Assembly: GCF_018336915.1 (NCBI RefSeq)
Contig: NZ_CP064927.1
Location: 44,602-68,601, forward strand
Reading direction: 5' to 3'
From: Acaryochloris marina S15
GTDB taxonomy: Bacteria > Cyanobacteriota > Cyanobacteriia > Thermosynechococcales > Thermosynechococcaceae
DNA length: 24,000 nucleotides
Shown: piece after piece, positions 1-6,228 of the stretch
How the letters are laid out: every line of letters begins with the position of its first letter
Position numbering within the stretch: the stretch's first letter is position 1
Notes under the pieces: generated by a model
Database searches by the model: none
Told to the model about the DNA's origin: nothing
The model's input: the letters and a program-made list of their open reading frames with translations, nothing else
Position numbers and translations under genes: made by a program

Positions 1-526
1 CAGGACAATCATCGTCAAACCTTTGGTTAAAGCTCAGGGGCTGAACAAAAGCCTTATGTTGCCAGGTAGTCAAGATTTGCTTCTGAGATAATCCACTGCG
101 CTCTGCAATCTCTTCTAGGGCTGGCTCTCTGCCTAACTCTTGACTAAGAGCGGTTGAGACTTTTGATATTTTGCGAAGATTGGTTAGTGTATTGCGACTA
201 ATCCCTGCCTCTCTACAAAAGCAGTCTCGAACTTCAGACCAAAGAGTTGGCACCAAATAAGTTGAGAATTTATTGCCAGTAGACAATTTAAATCCTCTTG
301 CCGCTAGGACGACAGCCATCTCTCCAGCAGAGTTTAAGATTCTGTGATCCACTTGAAAACCATAGCGCTTGACCTCTTTGGTGATCAGTCCTTTGTTTTT
401 ACGAATTAGCTGACGTGATGCCCGCTCGTCCCCAGCCTTGATTCTCAGAATCAGATCGTATTCTTCTTCACGGGTAAGGAGTTCGGTTTTTTGGGTTTGT
501 CTGTTGCGTGAAGTAGCACCTATCAT
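1..526 (-). CDS. RNA polymerase sigma-70 family factor, divergent; N-terminal ~175 aa only (gene continues past the left window edge)
   Basis: Absent from the ORF track (no stop in window). My translation of the reverse strand from the ATG at 526-524 gives MIGATSRNRQTQKTELLTREEEYDLILRIKAGDERASRQLIRKNKGLITKEVKRYG...NKFSTYLVPTLWSEVRD...LGREPALEEIAERSGLSQKQI. The layout matches sigma70 region 1.2/2.1 (EE..L...GD..A...L...N.gL), a region 2.3/2.4-like FSTY segment and a region 3-like helix. GAGGT lies ~10 nt upstream of the ATG. Confidence 0.75.
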   Translation of the reverse strand, partial: MIGATSRNRQTQKTELLTREEEYDLILRIKAGDERASRQLIRKNKGLITKEVKRYGFQVDHRILNSAGEMAVVLAARGFKLSTGNKFSTYLVPTLWSEVRDCFCREAGISRNTLTNLRKISKVSTALSQELGREPALEEIAERSGLSQKQILTTWQHKAFVQPLSFNQRFDDDCP

Positions 527-553
527 GGGCTTAACCTCAATAGATTCTTTTTC

Positions 554-697
554 GGTTTCTGAGGTCAGTGGCTCTCTGGTTGTTTTAGTAGGCGGTTAGA
601 GAGCCACTTGAATTATTAAATTGAACAACGGTGCTGAAGCACTGGCGGGTTTCTGAGGTTGGTGGCTCTCTGGTTGTTTAGTAGGCGGTTAGAGAGC
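554..697. repeat. Two copies of a ~50-bp direct repeat, each folding into a GGCTCTCT-N19/20-AGAGAGC(C) hairpin
   Basis: Copy 1 is 554-605 (ggtttctgaggtcagtggctctctggttgttttagtaggcggttagagagcc). Copy 2 is 648-697 (ggtttctgaggttggtggctctctggttgtttagtaggcggttagagagc). They differ by 2 substitutions and 1 indel by eye. Stems are 570-577/598-605 and 665-671/691-697. The repeats lie 28-170 nt upstream of the sigma-factor start on the reverse strand. Confidence 0.85.
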
Positions 698-1077
698 GGA
701 ATTGAATTGTGGGTAATCTGGCTAACAGGCTTCTAAATAATCGTTTGACTGGTAAGTTCTTCTTTAAGAGCGAGCTTGGGTATTTCCTTGGTCTACTCTG
801 CTGGTTGTTGCCGATTCTTATCTTCGTTAGGTGTGGTTGGTGATCTGGTGGGTTGGTAGGAGAGAGCCAAGCCAGGATTAAGTTGAGAAAATTTTCTGAG
901 AAAATCCGTGCCCAGCTTACTTCAGTACATTTTGTGTTGCTGTAAAGCTTGCGGGTCAAGGGGATTTGCGTTTTGAATATGATGTTGCCTATCATTTAAA
1001 TATGACCTTCTGAAGGATTCTAGGCTCTCTAATTACGTTTTGGTGGCAGATTAGGGGGTCGATTTTTTTATCGTGCC

Positions 1078-1200
1078 TTTAATATAGTAGGTATCGATGC
1101 GTAACGCTAGCGCGTGATAAGTTTTAACATAGTAAATATCAGTGCGTAATGCTAGTGCGTGGAAACTTTAATATTTATCGATACACACCGCTACGTATTT
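1078..1200. promoter_or_regulatory. Iteron-like ~45-bp direct repeats (two full units plus a partial third) upstream of the RHH gene
   Basis: Units start at 1078, 1123 and 1167, each with tttaa[t/c]at. U1 is tttaatatagtaggtatcgatgcgtaacgctagcgcgtgataagt. U2 is tttaacatagtaaatatcagtgcgtaatgctagtgcgtggaaac (~80% identical by eye). U3 keeps tttaatat..tatcgat then diverges. U1 contains the 8-bp palindrome cgctagcg. Confidence 0.7.
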
Positions 1201-1254
1201 TTTAGCTCATGACTACTGCTGTGTAACAGTAGTCATGGCGGAACAGCGGTGTGT
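1183..1254. promoter_or_regulatory. Nested inverted repeats immediately 5' of the RHH gene start (candidate operator or 5'-leader structure)
   Basis: Outer 10-bp arms are acacaccgct (1183-1192) and agcggtgtgt (1245-1254). Inner 11-bp arms are catgactactg (1208-1218) and cagtagtcatg (1227-1237), with an 8-nt loop. Both pairs are perfect reverse complements. The GTG start of the RHH ORF is at 1257. Confidence 0.7.
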
Positions 1255-1256
1255 AA

Positions 1257-1463
1257 GTGACTAGGAAGCGAAAGCCAGCCAAGGAAAAATTTGTGAAGCG
1301 CAATTTAAGCTTGCCGCCAGAATTTAATGATGACGTGGTTGAATACTGCGAAAGTCGGGAATATCCGGTTTCGTTTAGTGCTTTCGTCCGTCGTGCTATA
1401 GAAGAAAAGTGGGAGCGAGAAGGCCATACGCCTCAGTCACAAAGAGAAAATGAAGGTGAGTAG
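1257..1463 (+). CDS. Small ribbon-helix-helix (CopG/Arc/MetJ-like) DNA-binding protein
   Basis: 68-aa ORF with a basic N-terminus (KRKPAKEKFVKR). It continues with a beta-strand-like NLSLPPEF, helix DDVVEYCES and helix SFSAFVRRAIEEKW, the typical RHH pattern (k.v.l.Lp.e....l......g.S.s..iR.Ai). The start is uncertain: GTG 1257, or an internal GTG near 1290. Confidence 0.6.
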   Translation: MTRKRKPAKEKFVKRNLSLPPEFNDDVVEYCESREYPVSFSAFVRRAIEEKWEREGHTPQSQRENEGE

Positions 1464-2086
1464 GAAGTGTGATCGGCAGAGTTACGAATAAGCGAATCGT
1501 GATTTTTCGCTAGAAGCTATTCCCCGTAGGCAAACGCGGCAACAAGGTTCTAGTGATTTCGACTAGAAAATAATCTAAGAGTAAGCCTGGGTAATGACTG
1601 GCGTGGCATCTCTGCGTTTGACTATGGTTGCTCTGAAAATTTGTATAAGTACAGGGCTGTGATGTTGGTTGGAAGAATCGACTCAAGAATAAGGTTGTAA
1701 TTGCGCTTGCAGTTGTGTGAGCTAAAGCAAATACAAGAGCTAAGCTAAATAAACATGTTGCCTTGTCATAGCCTACAACAATATATTGCATAGAGAAAGA
1801 TTCTATTACTTCACTACAAATGTTTAGTTTTATTAAAAAGCACATATACTTTTTTGTTTATTTAGATCTGACCATATTGTAGAAAAACATATAATCTATA
1901 GTTAAAATATTCCATTTATTAATTCTTAAAACAACAGGCAGTGGATGTGATTAATCGTGTAGTAAGTTCTATTTGAAAATCACCTATGGTTTGAGCTAGA
2001 CAGCTAGAGGGATTTGCAAGCATTTAGCTGCTTTTGCCATAACCTCGTAACCCATATCTAGGTGTTATTTATTTGTAGTTGTATTT

Positions 2087-3493
2087 ATGAATGACAAGGG
2101 TTTAGGCGTCGGTGAAGCGATAGAGCTGATCGATAACTGGCTAGTGGCTAGGAATCGTAAACAGCTCACTTCAGCAGAGAAGCTTCTGATCTCTGCTGCT
2201 TGGGAGAATCGGAAATATGAAGATGTAGCGGAAGAATCAGGTTACAACCCTGATTACCTCAAACAAGCAGGTCAAGGTTTGTGGCGAACGCTTAGTCTTG
2301 TGATTGGCAAGAAAGTGACCAAGACCCGCCTAAGAAGTATGGTTGAGGGTAAAAAGCTGGAATTAGCTCGCCATCAATTGACGAAGAAATATTCTAAAGA
2401 AATGAGGGGTGAGCTTGAGCCTCCTGAGTTTACTGTTCTGGGTCGTCGCCCCCCTACGGTTGAACAGTATTTTGGGTATAAAGCAGAGCTAGCGATGCTT
2501 CGGCAAAGTGTACTAGAACGTCAATGTGTCTTAGTAGTAGGCCAGGCAGGTATTGGCAAGAGTTCACTCTGCTCAAAGCTGTTGGAGCAATTGAAGATAT
2601 CTGCTGATAATCATTTTGAGCAAGTGGTCTGGCAGAGTATGTCTAGCCATCAGAATCTTGATAGCTTGCTGGAGGAAATATTTAGATGCTTGAAATTAAG
2701 CCCCTATGACTCATCTAAGGATCTGACGGTTCAAGTTACTGAGTTAGTTGAATTCCTCCATCGTGAAAAGATCCTGATCGTACTTGATGGTGCGGAGGAA
2801 ATACTTAAAGAGGCAACCAACAATAATCAGTACGGTAAGAACGAAAACTATGGTTGGTTCTTAGAGCAGATAAGGGAGTGTTCCCATTCCTCTTGTTTCC
2901 TGATTACCAGTAGAGAGCCCTTTAAAGATCTGGAGTTCGCCGAAACGTCGGGCCAATCGGTACGCATCATGGATATCAAAGGACTAGGACAAGATGCATA
3001 TCGTTTTCTAGAATCCCAAGGACTGATGGATACGAATGATGGATTTAGATTATTAATCCATCGCTATCGGTCAAACCCGTTTCTTCTCAAATTAGTTTCT
3101 GCTCGAATCCGTAACTATTTTGGTGGGGATGTGAACGCCTTTATTCAATGCGATTCCATCTTAATGAGTGAGTCTGTCCAGCAAGCCCTGGATACTCAAT
3201 TTAGATTAGGAATTTGGACCGCATTAGAACGAGAATTAATGCAGATCTTGGCGCATTCCGATAAAAATGGAGAGGGGATCTCTTTTCAAGAAGTATTTCA
3301 GATGCTAAAACAGCAGAAAGGCGATTTATCCATGCATGAGTTTATCGCAGCAATAGATAACTTGGTGAGTCGTTCATTGTTGGAACGCTGCCAAGAAGAT
3401 AGTGAACCCTTAATCTTGTCCCTGCAACCCGTCATTCGGAAATATCTGCTTAAAGATCCATCAGGAGTGATACAAGAATCCCTTGCTGCATAG
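2087..3493 (+). CDS. STAND-class P-loop NTPase (NB-ARC/AP-ATPase-like) with an N-terminal HTH-like domain and no C-terminal repeat array
   Basis: The N-terminal ~90 aa (LTSAEKLLISAAWENRKYEDVAEESGYNPDYLKQAGQGLWRTLSLVIGKKVTKTRLRSMVE) match the sigma-r4/LuxR-like leader I recall at the N-terminus of many cyanobacterial NB-ARC-WD40/TPR proteins. Walker A is GQAGIGKSSL and Walker B is ILIVLDGAEE. The NB-ARC-like CFLITSRE segment is followed by a helical/winged-helix-like tail. The protein ends at 468 aa without WD40, TPR or LRR repeats. Confidence 0.8.
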   Translation: MNDKGLGVGEAIELIDNWLVARNRKQLTSAEKLLISAAWENRKYEDVAEESGYNPDYLKQAGQGLWRTLSLVIGKKVTKTRLRSMVEGKKLELARHQLTKKYSKEMRGELEPPEFTVLGRRPPTVEQYFGYKAELAMLRQSVLERQCVLVVGQAGIGKSSLCSKLLEQLKISADNHFEQVVWQSMSSHQNLDSLLEEIFRCLKLSPYDSSKDLTVQVTELVEFLHREKILIVLDGAEEILKEATNNNQYGKNENYGWFLEQIRECSHSSCFLITSREPFKDLEFAETSGQSVRIMDIKGLGQDAYRFLESQGLMDTNDGFRLLIHRYRSNPFLLKLVSARIRNYFGGDVNAFIQCDSILMSESVQQALDTQFRLGIWTALERELMQILAHSDKNGEGISFQEVFQMLKQQKGDLSMHEFIAAIDNLVSRSLLERCQEDSEPLILSLQPVIRKYLLKDPSGVIQESLAA

Positions 3494-3510
3494 TTGAAAG
3501 ATGATGAAAT

Positions 3511-5274
3511 GTGACCTGCTACTGTTTCAATCCTCGCTGTCAGACTAGGGAAAACTCAGATACCGATTTGGTGTGTCCATCTTGTGGCACATCACTACTT
3601 GTAAAAAATCGATATCGACTCTTGAACCCTTTGCGTCCAATCGATGGTCCTATTCCTCAAGCAATTGAAGTTTTTGAGTGTGAGGATACAACAGGAGGTG
3701 AAGGCATTGATCCGGGAACTCACCTGATCATCAAGATACTTTTGGTCAGCGATCGGTTTGAGTCCTATGACGCCAAGCGGGTTAATCTACTGTATCGAGA
3801 ATCGAAAGCTCTCCTCAATGTTGAACACCCTGGAATCCCTATTGCTCCCAAAAATGGTTTTTTCTGTCTGAATGACACGGGTATCGCTAAGGAAGTGTAC
3901 TGCCTGGTTCAACAGAAAATTGAGGGCCAGACGCTAGAAGAGTGGCTAGACGATCAGGGTTCCATTTCAGAGAAACAAGCATTGGATTGGTTGAATCAAC
4001 TCGCAGAAACCCTTCATGCCGTTCACCAAAAGGGATATTTCCACCGAGATATCAAACCCGCAAATATCATGATTAAGCCAGATGGGAAGCTGGTGCTTAT
4101 TGACTTTGGGGCAGCAAGAGATCTTACTGATACCTTTTTAGCAAGGATTAGCTCAGCTCCTTTAGAGAGTGACTACAAACATGAGCTAGAGGTCACGAGT
4201 ATTTTTACGGCGGGCTATGCTCCACCGGAACAAATGAACGGCAAAGGATTACCCCAAAGTGACTTTTATGCTCTTGGTCGCACCTTTGTTCACCTTCTCA
4301 CGGGTGTTCATCCCAATCGATTACCTGGAGATATTTACACTGGGAAATTGACCTGGCGAGATAAGGTCCCTCAGCTCTCCAAGCCTTTCGCTGATTTCCT
4401 CGATCAGCTGATGTCGATCCCACCGGGAAAGCGGCCCCAAAACACAGCATCCCTATTACTGTATTTACAATCTTCATTACCTAAAAAACTAAAACGCAAT
4501 AGACTTTTCAATGATCGACGATTTCAGTTTGGCCTTGGCATTCTATTCTTATTGCTTCTGGCAATAGGGTTTAAGTTAGGGACACAACGCTTGTCGCGCT
4601 ACTATTTCCTATTGGCAAATGAACAGCAGAGCAAAGGGAAGTTGGCAGAAGCCAGAGGCTACTACGAGCGGGCTATCCAGTTGAATTCAACTAACAAGAC
4701 TGCCTACAACAATCTCGGAGTGGTCTGTCAGCAATTACAGGATGTGGATTGCGTCTTAGAGAGCTATTACAAAGGACTGGACGTTAAGCCTAATGATGAG
4801 GTGCTATTTTACAATCTCGGCACCATCCATGAAGATGTCCAAGACTATGCCAAGGCAAGGCAGTATTACCAAAAATCGATTGATGCGAGTCAAGGACAAT
4901 ACCTAGCCCCAGTCAACAACCTGGCGAGGTTAGACCTGCTCGATAATAAGCCCCAAGCAGCCGAAGCTCGGATTCGGCAAGTGTTAGATCAATCTGACCA
5001 TGATCGGGTGATGGCATCCCTGTATAAAAATCTGGGATGGGCACAGTACCAGCAAAAACAATACGTTCAGGCCGTTGTAAGTTTAAAGAAGAGTATGCAG
5101 TTTAACCCTGAAGAGGTTAGTACTCACTGTCTATTGGCAAAAGCTGAGAATTCTCTGGGCCAACCTTCTGCAACTAATTGGGAAATATGCCTTCTTGCCA
5201 AGTCTGACCTGCCCGAAGTATGGGAATGGAGATATCAGTATATTCAGCAGAAAGAGAAGATAGTCAAGCCCTAG
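3511..5274 (+). CDS. Ser/Thr protein kinase with 4-Cys zinc-ribbon prefix, one transmembrane segment and C-terminal TPR repeats
   Basis: GTG start 17 nt after the previous stop; an in-frame TGA sits 2 codons upstream. N-terminus is CYCFNPRC...CPSCG. Kinase motifs are intact: IIK (beta3 Lys), YRESKAL (alphaC Glu), HRDIKPANIM, DFGAA, GYAPPEQ. The hydrophobic span is FQFGLGILFLLLLAIGF. After it come TPR-like repeats (AEARGYYERAIQLNSTNKTAYNNLG, VLFYNLGTIHEDVQDYAKARQYYQKSI, LYKNLGWAQYQQKQYVQAVVSLKKSMQFNP). Confidence 0.9.
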   Translation: MTCYCFNPRCQTRENSDTDLVCPSCGTSLLVKNRYRLLNPLRPIDGPIPQAIEVFECEDTTGGEGIDPGTHLIIKILLVSDRFESYDAKRVNLLYRESKALLNVEHPGIPIAPKNGFFCLNDTGIAKEVYCLVQQKIEGQTLEEWLDDQGSISEKQALDWLNQLAETLHAVHQKGYFHRDIKPANIMIKPDGKLVLIDFGAARDLTDTFLARISSAPLESDYKHELEVTSIFTAGYAPPEQMNGKGLPQSDFYALGRTFVHLLTGVHPNRLPGDIYTGKLTWRDKVPQLSKPFADFLDQLMSIPPGKRPQNTASLLLYLQSSLPKKLKRNRLFNDRRFQFGLGILFLLLLAIGFKLGTQRLSRYYFLLANEQQSKGKLAEARGYYERAIQLNSTNKTAYNNLGVVCQQLQDVDCVLESYYKGLDVKPNDEVLFYNLGTIHEDVQDYAKARQYYQKSIDASQGQYLAPVNNLARLDLLDNKPQAAEARIRQVLDQSDHDRVMASLYKNLGWAQYQQKQYVQAVVSLKKSMQFNPEEVSTHCLLAKAENSLGQPSATNWEICLLAKSDLPEVWEWRYQYIQQKEKIVKP

Positions 5275-5313
5275 GCTTGCATTTATCTCTCGCAACTAGA
5301 TAACTTATATCTA

Positions 5314-6228
5314 ATGCATAAACTACTTTTACGACCCTCTCTGCTTTTGCCTTTAATAGCTGTAAGCTCATCCCTTCCGCTTACAGCAAGGTCCAAGCCC
5401 TCTCAATCAGCCCGCTGTAAGCCAACCATCGCTCGAATGGTAACAGAGGGAGATAGAAACTTCCGTCGTGGGACATTACTATGTCCCCAAGATCTTGTAG
5501 CTCCAGCTCCAGGCAAGCGGCCTAGGCTATTCTGTCATAAGAGCGGAGCAGTGTTGGTGGGCCGGACTGGGCGAGTGGCCGAACTCTGTGCTGCTGACGC
5601 CAATAATTCGGCTCTTCGTGGGGGAAATGAGGGTAGCCTCAGCGTCAACACGAGGGGGAATGAGGATGAACTTAAACTCCTTGCCCCGTTTGGTCCAACT
5701 ATTATCCAACAACGCCCTGATCTAACCTGGAAGCCGATTGGAGAAGCAACTCACTATGTGATCAGTATTGAGGGCTACCACCTGAAGCTAAAGCAAACTG
5801 TATCAGAGACTCGTTTGCAATATCCTTCAAGCTGGCCAGCCCTGGAATTTGGCAGCGCTTATGAGATTGAAATTCTGGTCTATCAAGGCAAGCAGCCCAT
5901 TAGCGTGGGTCGGGCGACTATAAATCTCGTGATTGAGACAGATGCCGTTGCCATTCAAGAACAGGCTGCTGCGATTAAACGACTCCCTGTTCCTCTCAGT
6001 GAAGTTGCAGTAGAGCTAGACACTCTATACATGACTCGAAATTTATTTCATGAGTCCATTCAATTCTTAGAAAGTCTGAGAAAAAAAGGAAAAAGCAACC
6101 TCAAACTCAATCAGTTACTGGCAAAGCGATATTTCCAAGTGGATCATCCCGAGCTGGCAGAGGCGATCATAGAAGAAGCTCAATTGCCAACGAGAATAAA
6201 GTTGCCCCAGAAAAAAGGATGGGAATAG
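5314..6228 (+). CDS. Secreted DUF928-like protein
   Basis: N-terminal signal-like segment LLLRPSLLLPLIAVSSSLPL. The core LLAPFGPTIIQQRPDLTWKPIGEATHYVISIEG...LQYPSSWPALEFGSAYEIEILV matches my memory of the DUF928 pattern (L.P....T....PtF.W......y.f.l......l.....~Le.g..Y.w.v). So does the tail LDTLYMTRNLFHESIQFLESLRKKG...NQLLAKRY. The gene lies 39 nt after the kinase stop. Confidence 0.65.
   Translation: MHKLLLRPSLLLPLIAVSSSLPLTARSKPSQSARCKPTIARMVTEGDRNFRRGTLLCPQDLVAPAPGKRPRLFCHKSGAVLVGRTGRVAELCAADANNSALRGGNEGSLSVNTRGNEDELKLLAPFGPTIIQQRPDLTWKPIGEATHYVISIEGYHLKLKQTVSETRLQYPSSWPALEFGSAYEIEILVYQGKQPISVGRATINLVIETDAVAIQEQAAAIKRLPVPLSEVAVELDTLYMTRNLFHESIQFLESLRKKGKSNLKLNQLLAKRYFQVDHPELAEAIIEEAQLPTRIKLPQKKGWE

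Noticed and set aside
678-995. 105-aa reverse-strand ORF upstream of the sigma-factor gene
   Set aside because: It has no recognisable motifs and an odd composition (Pro/Gln/Asn/Arg runs). Its 3' end overlaps the second hairpin repeat, and the region looks like structured non-coding DNA. It is kept only as a remote possibility.
1491-1509. Small hairpin gcgaa-N9-ttcgc after the RHH gene as a possible intrinsic terminator
   Set aside because: It has only a 5-bp stem, and the T-run lies inside the loop and stem rather than after the stem. It is not convincing.
1510-1845. 111-aa reverse-strand ORF between the RHH gene and the STAND gene (an internal Met at ~1791 would give a signal-peptide-like LFSLALVFALAHTTASA)
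   Set aside because: There is no domain signal, the remainder is low-information, and no ribosome-binding site stood out. A small secreted protein cannot be excluded, but the support is too weak to annotate.
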